Source: Oligoflexia bacterium
Lineage (GTDB): Bacteria; Bdellovibrionota; Bdellovibrionia; JABDDW01
Direction: 5' to 3'
DNA length: 64,000 bases
Assembly (NCBI GenBank): GCA_016715815.1
Contig: JADJXN010000004.1
Span: forward strand, 11,123-75,122
Each line of letters opens with the position of its first letter. Within the stretch, counting starts at the first letter, position 1. The notes under the pieces are model-generated. The model was not told where the DNA came from. It searched no databases and worked only from the letters and a program-made list of their open reading frames with translations. The translations under genes were made by a program, and so were the position numbers. Shown here in pieces: positions 38,219-46,927 of this stretch.

Positions 38219-38716
38219 ATGTCTGGCAAAAAAACAATCAACACTAAACAGCTTGTTGATAAAATTGAAAAGATGACCAAAGAAAAAATCACAAAAGAAA
38301 AAGTGGTTTCTTTGGCAGATTACAGAAATTTAAAACAAAAAGAGGTTCCCAAAACTATTCTTATTGTGGATGATGACGAAACTATGCGCCAAGCGCTTAA
38401 GCGTCTTTTTGAGGGCGAAGGTTATCGTGTGCGCTTAGCTGCAGATGGCACTCAACTTTCTCAAGTGCTTGAAGAGGGCCCTATTGAATTAATAGTTTTA
38501 GACATTGGCCTTCCTTGGATAAACGGTTTTGAATTGGCCAAACTTTTAAAAGAAAATGAAGAGCTTAAAAAAATACCTTTAGTATTTATCTCTGCTAAAA
38601 CCAGTGAGTTTGATGTTAAGCGCGGCTTTAACGTAGGTGCAGATGATTACATTAAAAAGCCCTTTGATGTAGATGAAGTTAAAAATACCGTTAAAACCCT
38701 TCTTAAACTAAGATGA
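38219..38716 (+). CDS. Stand-alone response-regulator receiver protein with a Lys-rich N-terminal extension of about 45 aa
   Basis: ILIVDDDE, LIVLDIGLP (phospho-Asp), FISAKT and KKPF. No output domain. Confidence 0.85.
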   Translation: MSGKKTINTKQLVDKIEKMTKEKITKEKVVSLADYRNLKQKEVPKTILIVDDDETMRQALKRLFEGEGYRVRLAADGTQLSQVLEEGPIELIVLDIGLPWINGFELAKLLKENEELKKIPLVFISAKTSEFDVKRGFNVGADDYIKKPFDVDEVKNTVKTLLKLR

Positions 38717-39801
38717 AATTTAGTTTTTTATTACTCTTAACACTTTTTGCTACAGCACAAGATGTTCCTGTAACATCACAAGCGAGAGAGAAATTTACAG
38801 ACTGCTTAGTTCAAAAAATTAGGGCTGAAAAACGGCCAATTGAAGAAAGTCTATCTCAATGCTCTGAAGAGTTAAGTAAAAGCTTAAAATTTAAAAATAT
38901 TAAACCAGTGTATAGAACAAGTTTTTCAGATGAACGTACGGCTAGTTTTTTTATTAAAACAAAGCTTATTGTAAAAGAAGGTAAATCTGAAAAAGTCACA
39001 GAAGAATCATCGGAGGTGCAAAGTGTGTTTAACATTAGCCCTGATGATAATTTTTGTAACAATTGTAAATCTACTTACCATGGTGGGGCATTTGCAGCGC
39101 TTAAAGAGGTAAAGGAGCTGCTTGAGTCTTTGACTGATGATAGTAATTGCCCCCCCTTAAAACCTGGTCAGTGGAGAGCTTTTTTTTCATGTGAGGCGCG
39201 GTGTGGCGCGGGCTACGACAAGGTTGGAGAAGACTGTATCTCTAAGTGCTCTATTAATGAAACCTTTGTAAACAACAAATGCATGAGTTGTGAAGAGCTA
39301 AAGAGTAGAAAATATGGTCAAAATTATCACCAAGCCCCCCCTTACAAAGTTATAGCTAAACCTGATGAGCGTGGAATATGCGTGGATCAATTTGGTTGTG
39401 TTATGGAAACACAAGTATGGAGTTTTAGATATTCACAATGTGTTGATCTGTGTGACATTGGTAAGGAAAATGATTTTGAATCTGATGATATGTTCGCATG
39501 TAAAGACAAAGATAACCATTGCGATGTAGTTAGGGATTTCTACTTAAATGCTCCATTTAATTCCCCACCCCAAGAAGTTTTAAATTTAGTTGCTGGGTGC
39601 GATGTAAATAATATTTTATATAAATTTAGAAACGAATATTTTAAAAAAATACAATTAAGGTATGAAAGATGTCTGAAAGGATTTGATTTTGTTGGGCCTA
39701 CTTCAATGGATGCACATTACCTTTTTAAGCTATGTAATACAGGGGGGCAAGCAGACGTCGGGCCAAATTGGCTTTACCCCAATACATACTACGTAGATTA
39801 A
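38713..39801 (+). CDS. Exported cysteine-rich protein (362 aa, about 20 Cys) with furin/EGF-like CxxC-type spacing
   Basis: ATGA overlap with the REC gene. Signal MKFSFLLLLTLFATAQD. Segments such as CEARCGAGYDKVGEDCISKCSINETFVNNKCMSC. Confidence 0.6.
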   Translation: MKFSFLLLLTLFATAQDVPVTSQAREKFTDCLVQKIRAEKRPIEESLSQCSEELSKSLKFKNIKPVYRTSFSDERTASFFIKTKLIVKEGKSEKVTEESSEVQSVFNISPDDNFCNNCKSTYHGGAFAALKEVKELLESLTDDSNCPPLKPGQWRAFFSCEARCGAGYDKVGEDCISKCSINETFVNNKCMSCEELKSRKYGQNYHQAPPYKVIAKPDERGICVDQFGCVMETQVWSFRYSQCVDLCDIGKENDFESDDMFACKDKDNHCDVVRDFYLNAPFNSPPQEVLNLVAGCDVNNILYKFRNEYFKKIQLRYERCLKGFDFVGPTSMDAHYLFKLCNTGGQADVGPNWLYPNTYYVD

Positions 39802-39816
39802 ATAAAATTTATGGCA

Positions 39817-40788
39817 TTAAACCTTTAAGCAGCGGGCTTCGTGGTTTGAGCCAAGGTTTTTTAAGATGGGGTCAGTGGTTTTGCACTCATCAGACATTAT
39901 GGGGCAGCGGGGGTTAAAGTAACAACCGCTGGGTGGGTTAACGGGGCTTGGGACATCTCCTTGAAGAATAATTCTTTTCATTTTATGCCCACCTACTTTG
40001 GGAACAGGAATGGCAGATAAAAGAGCTTGTGTGTAGGGATGCCTTGGGTTTTTGTAAAGCTCATCAGCATCGGCAAGTTCTACCACTTTGCCAAGATACA
40101 TTACGGCAACACGATTACTAATATGCTCTACCACTTTTAAGTCATGGGCAATGAATAAATAAGTAAGGCCTAGCTTTTGCTGTAAATCCATTAATAGGTT
40201 AATGACTTGTGCTTGAATAGAAACATCAAGAGCAGAAACAGGCTCATCACACACAATTAATTCTGGCTCTACTGCTAATGAGCGGGCAATACCAATACGT
40301 TGTCGCTGGCCACCGGAGAACTCATGGGGGTAGCGGTCAATGGATTCTTTGCGTAACCCCACTGTTTCAATTAATTCTTTTACTCTGTTTCTTCTGTCAT
40401 TGGCTGAGTTTCCAATTTTATGAATAATTAAAGGCTCTTCAATAATTTTACCAACAGTCATTCTGGGGTTAAGGCTGGAGTAAGGGTCTTGAAATATAAT
40501 CTGCATTTTGCGGCGAAGTGCTCTAAGCTCCTCACCCTTTGTTTGGGTAATATCTTTGCCTTCTAATAAAATTTGGCCGGCACTTACGTCAATTAACCTA
40601 ATAATGCATCTGCCAAGGGTTGATTTTCCGCAGCCTGATTCACCCACAAGGCCCAGTGTTTCACCTTTTTGAATTTTTAAACTTACATCACTAACAGCTT
40701 TAACACTTGCAATTTGGCGAGAGAAAAATCCGCCTTTAATAGGAAAGTGCTTTGATAAATTTTTAACTTCAATAAATGGTGTGCTCAT
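39817..40788 (-). CDS. Oligopeptide/dipeptide ABC transporter ATP-binding protein (OppF/DppF-like)
   Basis: Walker [10 protein letters not shown], signature FSGGQRQR, Walker B LIVCDEP. C-terminal Cys-rich oligopeptide tail. Confidence 0.88.
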   Translation of the reverse strand: MSTPFIEVKNLSKHFPIKGGFFSRQIASVKAVSDVSLKIQKGETLGLVGESGCGKSTLGRCIIRLIDVSAGQILLEGKDITQTKGEELRALRRKMQIIFQDPYSSLNPRMTVGKIIEEPLIIHKIGNSANDRRNRVKELIETVGLRKESIDRYPHEFSGGQRQRIGIARSLAVEPELIVCDEPVSALDVSIQAQVINLLMDLQQKLGLTYLFIAHDLKVVEHISNRVAVMYLGKVVELADADELYKNPRHPYTQALLSAIPVPKVGGHKMKRIILQGDVPSPVNPPSGCYFNPRCPIMSDECKTTDPILKNLGSNHEARCLKV

Positions 40789-41762
40789 TTTTGTTTCACC
40801 GGGTTATAACAGGCAACATTGTGCTCTAGTTTTTCAAGCTCAGGCTGGCGGACTTTACACTGCTCAATGCTTTGCGTGCATCTATCAAAAAACCTACAGC
40901 CTTGGGGTAAATTAGCAAGGCTTGGCACAATGCCTGGTATGGTTTCAAGCCTGGTTTTACGTTTTCCTGTTTCAAAATGCGGTACTGAATTTAAAAGTCC
41001 TTTTGTGTAAGGGTGCAAGGGGCGGTTAAAGATTTGGTCAGCCGTTCCGTATTCAACAATTTTACCAGCATACATAACAGCCACATCATCACAGGTTTCA
41101 GCTACAACACCCAAGTCATGAGTTATTAAAATCATTGCAGTATTGAGCTCGCGCTGCAGTTTTTTAATTAAATCTAGGATTTGTGCTTGAATGGTAACAT
41201 CAAGGGCAGTTGTTGGCTCATCGGCGATTAAAAGATCAGGGCTACAGCTAAGTGCTATAGCAATCATTACCCGTTGGCGCATGCCACCTGAGAGTTGGTG
41301 TGGGTAATCATCAATGCGTTTTTCAGGGCTAGGGATGCCAACAAGCTTTAGCATATCAATGGCTTTTTCACGTACTTGTTTAGAACTTAATTCTTTTTGG
41401 TGAAGCTTAATGGCCTCTTCTATTTGGTTGCCGATTGTAAAAACGGGGTTTAAAGAAGTCATGGGCTCTTGAAAGATCATCCCAATTTTATTGCCCCTAA
41501 TTTTTCGCATTTCATTTTGTGAAAGCTTTAAAAGGTTTTGCCCTTTAAATAAAATCTCACCACTTTCAATTTTTCCAGGCGGCATTGGAATAAGACCCAT
41601 AATAGATAAAGAGGTAACAGACTTTCCGCAACCTGATTCACCCACAATGCCAAGGGTTTTACCTGCATCAACTTTAAAGCTGACGTTATCAACAGCATTA
41701 AAAGTACCCTCTTGGGTTTTAAAACTGGTAACTAGGTTTTTAACTTCTACAACACTACTCAT
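40785..41762 (-). CDS. Oligopeptide/dipeptide ABC transporter ATP-binding protein (OppD/DppD-like)
   Basis: [17 protein letters not shown] and [12 protein letters not shown]. 4-nt overlap with the downstream gene. Confidence 0.88.
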   Translation of the reverse strand: MSSVVEVKNLVTSFKTQEGTFNAVDNVSFKVDAGKTLGIVGESGCGKSVTSLSIMGLIPMPPGKIESGEILFKGQNLLKLSQNEMRKIRGNKIGMIFQEPMTSLNPVFTIGNQIEEAIKLHQKELSSKQVREKAIDMLKLVGIPSPEKRIDDYPHQLSGGMRQRVMIAIALSCSPDLLIADEPTTALDVTIQAQILDLIKKLQRELNTAMILITHDLGVVAETCDDVAVMYAGKIVEYGTADQIFNRPLHPYTKGLLNSVPHFETGKRKTRLETIPGIVPSLANLPQGCRFFDRCTQSIEQCKVRQPELEKLEHNVACYNPVKQK

Positions 41763-41769
41763 AAATTCC

Positions 41770-42669
41770 TTACTTGTTACGTAGCTTTGGGTCTAGCGCT
41801 TCTCTTAAAGCATCATTAAAAAGTGTAAATGCCAAAATAAGAAAAAACATAAAAATACTAGCACAAGTTAGGCCCCACCAAACTCCGCGGGCCATTTCAA
41901 GTTTTGCATCATCTATCATGATTCCCCAGCTTGGTTGACCAGGCTCTACACCTAAACCAAGATAGCTTAAAACAACTTCCATTTTAATAGCGGTAATAAA
42001 GCGCACACTTAGGTTGACTAAGATAATATGAAACACGTTTGGCAAAATATGTAAAAACATACGTCTTTTATGGCTAGCACCAATAGCCATTGCAGATTGC
42101 ACATAATCACGGCGTTTGTGCTTCATAAATTCTGTTCTAATAAGTTTACATAAGCTCACCCAAGTGGTTAAGCCTATGGAGATATAAACTGTACTTATTC
42201 CACGTCCCATGGCGTAGCCAAGAGCAATGATTTTTAAAATATCCGGAATACTTTCAACAACGTTGTAAAACCAAACAATAAAATCATCTACTAAGCCGCC
42301 AAAATACCCAGCAATTGCGCCCAGGGTTACGCCAATTGGTATGGCAATAAAAGAAGTAGCAAGGCCAATGGAAAGGGCAATGCGTGTACCATGAAGGCCA
42401 CGGGCAAAAACATCTCTTCCAAAAATATCTGTTCCAAACCAATGACTACTTGAAGGTGCTGCGTAACTGTCTGGACCGTTAACAGAAAAATCTGCTCCTA
42501 AAAGACCAAGCCAAGTTAAAAGAGCAATAGCCACATAACCACAAATAATAAAAAAGCAAACAACACCGAGTTTATTTTTCTTAAACCGTCTGTAGGCATC
42601 AGACCATAAGCTTACACCTGCAGATGAAACTTGATTTTGTTCTACAGTTGCAGTTGTACCTGTGCTCAT
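41770..42669 (-). CDS. ABC transporter permease (OppC/DppC-like)
   Basis: 6 TM. N-terminal [14 protein letters not shown] pattern and an EAA-like loop. Confidence 0.85.
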   Translation of the reverse strand: MSTGTTATVEQNQVSSAGVSLWSDAYRRFKKNKLGVVCFFIICGYVAIALLTWLGLLGADFSVNGPDSYAAPSSSHWFGTDIFGRDVFARGLHGTRIALSIGLATSFIAIPIGVTLGAIAGYFGGLVDDFIVWFYNVVESIPDILKIIALGYAMGRGISTVYISIGLTTWVSLCKLIRTEFMKHKRRDYVQSAMAIGASHKRRMFLHILPNVFHIILVNLSVRFITAIKMEVVLSYLGLGVEPGQPSWGIMIDDAKLEMARGVWWGLTCASIFMFFLILAFTLFNDALREALDPKLRNK

Positions 42670-43604
42670 TAATTAAACTCCACTCTTGGGTCTACAAGAG
42701 ATACAAGTAAATCTGAGGCAAGATTTGCTAAAACAAAAAGTACAGAGCCTATAAATGTCATAGCTTTAATAACTGGGAAGTCTGAATTAGCAACAGCTTG
42801 GTAGATCATTCCCCCAAGGCCGGGGATTCCAAAAAATGCTTCTAGCACCAATGCGCCTGTTATTAAAAGGGGCACTTCCATCATTATACTTGTAATAATT
42901 GGGGTGAGAGAATTTTTTAAAACATGTTTTAATAAAACAACTTTTTCAGTGAGTCCTTTTGCGCGGGCAGTTCTTACATAATCTTGAAACACTTCTTCTA
43001 AAATGGCTGAGCGGTATAATAAAACCTCATAGCCAATACTTACAGCTACCCAAATAATCATAGGCAAAGCTAAAAACTGCCAGCGAGAATCCCAACCAGA
43101 ATCATAACCTGAAATAGGAAACATTCCCCATTTATAGGCAAAAAAGTATTGGCCTAAAATAACATAAACCAAAACACTAATGCAGGTTCCGGCAATGCAA
43201 AACACCTGAAGCAGTTTATCCATTAAGCCGTTTCTAAAAAAAACAATAAGAATGGATAATAAAATAGAGAGTACAATTGTAATAAAAAAGGCAGGGATTG
43301 AGAGGCTCATACTGGGACCAATGCCAGCAGTGAGCATGTCAGTAATATTTTGGTTTGTGGCCCAGCTTCTTCCAAAATTAAAAGTCACGCATTGTTTTAA
43401 ATAAAAAAGATATTGCTCAGGTAGTGGTCTATCAAGGCCAAGTTCATGGCGCAGGATTTTTATTTCCGCCTCAGAACCGTGTTTACCCATTTTTTGATAA
43501 ACAGGGTCTCCCCCAACAACGTTAAATAAAACAAAGGTTAAAATGGTAACGCCAAAAATAACGGGAATTAAATATAAAAGTCTTCGAGCAACGTATGCTA
43601 GCAT
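42669..43604 (-). CDS. ABC transporter permease (OppB/DppB-like)
   Basis: MLAYVARRLLYLIPVIFGVTILTF N-terminus and the DYVRTARAKGL EAA motif. Confidence 0.87.
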   Translation of the reverse strand: MLAYVARRLLYLIPVIFGVTILTFVLFNVVGGDPVYQKMGKHGSEAEIKILRHELGLDRPLPEQYLFYLKQCVTFNFGRSWATNQNITDMLTAGIGPSMSLSIPAFFITIVLSILLSILIVFFRNGLMDKLLQVFCIAGTCISVLVYVILGQYFFAYKWGMFPISGYDSGWDSRWQFLALPMIIWVAVSIGYEVLLYRSAILEEVFQDYVRTARAKGLTEKVVLLKHVLKNSLTPIITSIMMEVPLLITGALVLEAFFGIPGLGGMIYQAVANSDFPVIKAMTFIGSVLFVLANLASDLLVSLVDPRVEFN

Positions 43605-45382
43605 TATAATTTCTTTTTAAGCTGCTCTTTAAGTGCTGAATCAACGGTGTAGTACTTAATGTGGTTAAGTATCATCATATTTCTTTTATAATTTTTAAAC
43701 CAACCGTGAGTGAGTACATATTGTTTTCTATGAATGTTAAATATCCAAGGAGCATCTTCCACAACAAGATCAACCATTTTTCTATAAATAGCATTTCTTG
43801 CCGGGCCGTCTTGCATTACTGCAGCTTTGTCATAGAGCTTGTTAAATTCTGGGTTGTTATAATTTGAATTGTTTGGTCCTGGGCTGCCGTTGGGGCCATA
43901 GAAAAGTTGTAAAAAGTTTTCTGCATCTGGGTAATCTGCAGACCAAGCCATTCCAAACATTTGAGCGCGTCTCTTTTTTTGTTTTGATAAAAATTCTGGC
44001 CAGGTATTAACGGTAATTTTTATTTTTACTCCAATTAAAGCAGCCCTTTGCTGAAAGTACTCAACAATTTGGCGCCCTGTGGAGCCGGCGTAAGTTTCAT
44101 ACTGAAGCTCTGGGAGGCCTTTACCATCAGGGTAGCCAGCTTTTTTAAGTAAGGCTTTTGCCTTTTCAAGGTTTGGCCCCTTATATGGGTTTTTTAAACT
44201 TGGGTCATAACCTGAAATCGATGGTGGAATGGGCCCATGAGCTGGAACTGCTCGGCCATTATAAAATTTTGTAATGAGCTCTTGTGGGTCTATGACTAAG
44301 CTTAAAGCTTGGCGCAAGTGTTTTGCTTTTGCGCCGCCAACGATGGGGTCATCCTGGTTAAAGCTTTCAAAGGTAACATCGTCATCAATGTATTTTCCTA
44401 ATCTAATCCCCTGGGAGGCTAGCTCTGGTACAAGTTCATCGTTTTTAACGGTGGTATCAAAATTGTCTTTTGGAATTTCTGCTATATCAAAAACGCCTTT
44501 TCTAAAGTTTAAATAGCGTGGTTGGTCTTCAACTACTTCAGTAAAAATAACTCCTTCATTAAGAGGAAGTTTTTTGCCTGCATCTGCTAACAAGCCATTT
44601 GCTGCATCAGTTGGCTCTCCTGTTGTGGGGTAGGTTTCTTGTCTGTAATTGGGGTTTTTTTCTAAAATGATTTTTGAGTTTCTTACCCAGCTTTTAAATT
44701 TATAGGGACCTGAGCCTACGGGGTTATTTTGATATTCTGGCCCATAGTGCTCAACACATTCTTTTGCCACGGGGGAGGATTGGTTCATAGTTAGAACATA
44801 AAGAAGCTGTGGGTATGGCTTTTCTAAAGTAATTTTTAAGGTGTATGAATCAACTGCCTCAAGGCCTGGAACGGGTTTTGAATAATCTGTTTTCCCAGCT
44901 TTTGAAGCCTCTTCTTGCCACTGTTTAAAGCCTTTAATTTTTCCTTCAAAAACCCAAAAACCATCAGAAACACTTTTGGGGTCGGCAACACGCTTCCAAG
45001 AATAAATATAATCCTCGGCGGTGACCTCACGTCCCTTACCATTTGTGGCTTTAAAACAAGGATTGTCATGGAACATAATTCCTTTTTTAATTTTAAAGGT
45101 GTAGGTTTTTTGGTCTTTAGAAATTTTGGGCATCCCATCAGCATCAAGGGGCTCAACTGTTGTGGGGCGCTTTAAATAATTATACTGCATTAAGGCTGAG
45201 TAAATTTGCGCCATAACAGTACTTGAATAAAGATCACTTGAGTGAATAGGGTCAATGCCTTTGATGTTGGCTTTAATGGGGTAGTGAACAAAGTGGTCAT
45301 ATTCTTTGTCTTCTTTTTTTGTGCAACTTGTGATTGTGATTGATGTGATTAGGGCTAGAACTAAAAACCAAATTTTTAACAT
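43604..45382 (-). CDS. Family-5 peptide-binding lipoprotein (OppA/DppA-like)
   Basis: 592 aa, lipobox ITSC and typical SBP_bac_5 length and architecture. First gene of the five-gene operon. Confidence 0.82.
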   Translation of the reverse strand: MLKIWFLVLALITSITITSCTKKEDKEYDHFVHYPIKANIKGIDPIHSSDLYSSTVMAQIYSALMQYNYLKRPTTVEPLDADGMPKISKDQKTYTFKIKKGIMFHDNPCFKATNGKGREVTAEDYIYSWKRVADPKSVSDGFWVFEGKIKGFKQWQEEASKAGKTDYSKPVPGLEAVDSYTLKITLEKPYPQLLYVLTMNQSSPVAKECVEHYGPEYQNNPVGSGPYKFKSWVRNSKIILEKNPNYRQETYPTTGEPTDAANGLLADAGKKLPLNEGVIFTEVVEDQPRYLNFRKGVFDIAEIPKDNFDTTVKNDELVPELASQGIRLGKYIDDDVTFESFNQDDPIVGGAKAKHLRQALSLVIDPQELITKFYNGRAVPAHGPIPPSISGYDPSLKNPYKGPNLEKAKALLKKAGYPDGKGLPELQYETYAGSTGRQIVEYFQQRAALIGVKIKITVNTWPEFLSKQKKRRAQMFGMAWSADYPDAENFLQLFYGPNGSPGPNNSNYNNPEFNKLYDKAAVMQDGPARNAIYRKMVDLVVEDAPWIFNIHRKQYVLTHGWFKNYKRNMMILNHIKYYTVDSALKEQLKKKL

Positions 45383-45465
45383 ATTAATACCTCAATTAAG
45401 GTTTGGTTAATGCAATGTCCAAGTGGTAGTTGAGGGGGGCTAAAAAGTCAAAGCAAAATCAAAGC

Positions 45466-46140
45466 TTAGTATGTTTTTATAAGTCCATTGATTTTAATTT
45501 CTAGCTCATCAAAATGATCAAAAAAATGCTGTGCGCCCTGGATTAATAGGCTACTTAGCGGGTAATACCCAAAGCTTGCAGCAATGAAGTGTGTTTTTGC
45601 TGCAAGAGCGGCCCCTAAATCCTGGTGAGAATCTCCAATCATAACGGTTTGTTCAGGTGTGGCATTAGCTAGCCTCATCATTTCTATAAGTGGTTTGGGA
45701 TGGGGCTTTTTTACTTCAAAGCGGTCCCCGCCAAAGATTTCTACAAAATAATTATCCCCATAACCTAAGTGGCGTAAAATTATACGGGCATGATTTTCAG
45801 GTTTATTAGTAACTACTGCAATTTTTCTCTCAGGGTGCCTTTTAAATTTTTCAAAAAAGCTCTGAACGCCAGGGTAAAACCTAGTATTTTTTAGAAGCTG
45901 CGCATCATAATGACTGGCAAACTCCTGTGACACTTTTTTAAGTAGTTCATCAGAGGCCTCATTGGAACCTGCAAGGCCTGTAACAAATGCTTTAAGGCCA
46001 TCGCCAATGAATTTTTTAATTTCATCTACATGAAAAGGGTCTCTGCCATAGCTTTTAACAACATGGTTTGCCGAAACTGCTATGTCATGGATGGAATCAA
46101 CTAAGGTTCCATCTAGGTCAAAAATGGCAAGCTTGATCAT
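45466..46140 (-). CDS. HAD-superfamily hydrolase, phosphoglycolate-phosphatase-like
   Basis: AIFDLDGTLVDS (motif I), VTNKP (motif II) and GDSHQD (motif III). Alternative GTG start at 46149. Confidence 0.78.
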   Translation of the reverse strand: MIKLAIFDLDGTLVDSIHDIAVSANHVVKSYGRDPFHVDEIKKFIGDGLKAFVTGLAGSNEASDELLKKVSQEFASHYDAQLLKNTRFYPGVQSFFEKFKRHPERKIAVVTNKPENHARIILRHLGYGDNYFVEIFGGDRFEVKKPHPKPLIEMMRLANATPEQTVMIGDSHQDLGAALAAKTHFIAASFGYYPLSSLLIQGAQHFFDHFDELEIKINGLIKTY

Positions 46141-46150
46141 GGGGCCCACA

Positions 46151-46915
46151 CTAGCAGCCCAAAAACGTAGTCACAACATTTTTATATTTTTCAGGTTCTT
46201 CTTTAAGAGAAGTTAAATGCCCCCCCGTATCAAACAAAACCTGTGTGACATTTTTTAAGCCTGAGCGGTTAAAGCAGCTTTGAATGAACTCATAGGGAAC
46301 AATTTTATCAAGTTTGCCTTGAAGGGAAAGGACACTCATATCAGGGTAAATTTCATTAAGCTGGCCAAAGCGTTTGATTGTTGTTTCAGAATTTTGTGGA
46401 TCCCAATTAAATGTCATAAATTTTGTCATGGCATCTCTGAGAAGGGAATTTTTAATTTCGTAGTAGTGGTAAAGCATGTTGTCCACACATTTTTCAGTGT
46501 GGTCAAAGGGGCCTGAGTCAAAAATCATTTTTTGAATAGCAACGTTTGCAACATCACGCTTTGCTTTTAAAATATTAATTGCGGCGTCAATGGTGCAAAC
46601 CCCAATGCCTGAAAAGGTAAAAGGGATAATTTGTACCCGTGTTTTTAATATTTCTCTAAAGGCAGATTCAATTTCTTCAGCCCAAGCAGATCGAAGACGT
46701 TTAAAAAAAATTCTATGCTTGCCGTTTTTGTGCCAGCTTAGATCAAAACTGACAACATCAAAACCAAGGTTGTTAAAAAGGCCGATGTGTTTTGAAAACT
46801 GATCTTGTGAGCCTCCAAAATTGTGAATAAGTACAACTGCAGCGCGCAGCTGAGAATCTTTAACCGAAGAGAAGTGCCAGGTGAGTGTTGGGCTTGTTGC
46901 AAATAAAGAAAACAT
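46151..46915 (-). CDS. Putative alpha/beta-hydrolase-fold protein, unknown specificity
   Basis: AVVLIHNFGGS and FTFSGIG segments with beta-alpha alternation. The nucleophile motif is not canonical. Confidence 0.45.
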   Translation of the reverse strand: MFSLFATSPTLTWHFSSVKDSQLRAAVVLIHNFGGSQDQFSKHIGLFNNLGFDVVSFDLSWHKNGKHRIFFKRLRSAWAEEIESAFREILKTRVQIIPFTFSGIGVCTIDAAINILKAKRDVANVAIQKMIFDSGPFDHTEKCVDNMLYHYYEIKNSLLRDAMTKFMTFNWDPQNSETTIKRFGQLNEIYPDMSVLSLQGKLDKIVPYEFIQSCFNRSGLKNVTQVLFDTGGHLTSLKEEPEKYKNVVTTFLGC

Positions 46916-46927
46916 TGGTCACCGGCT

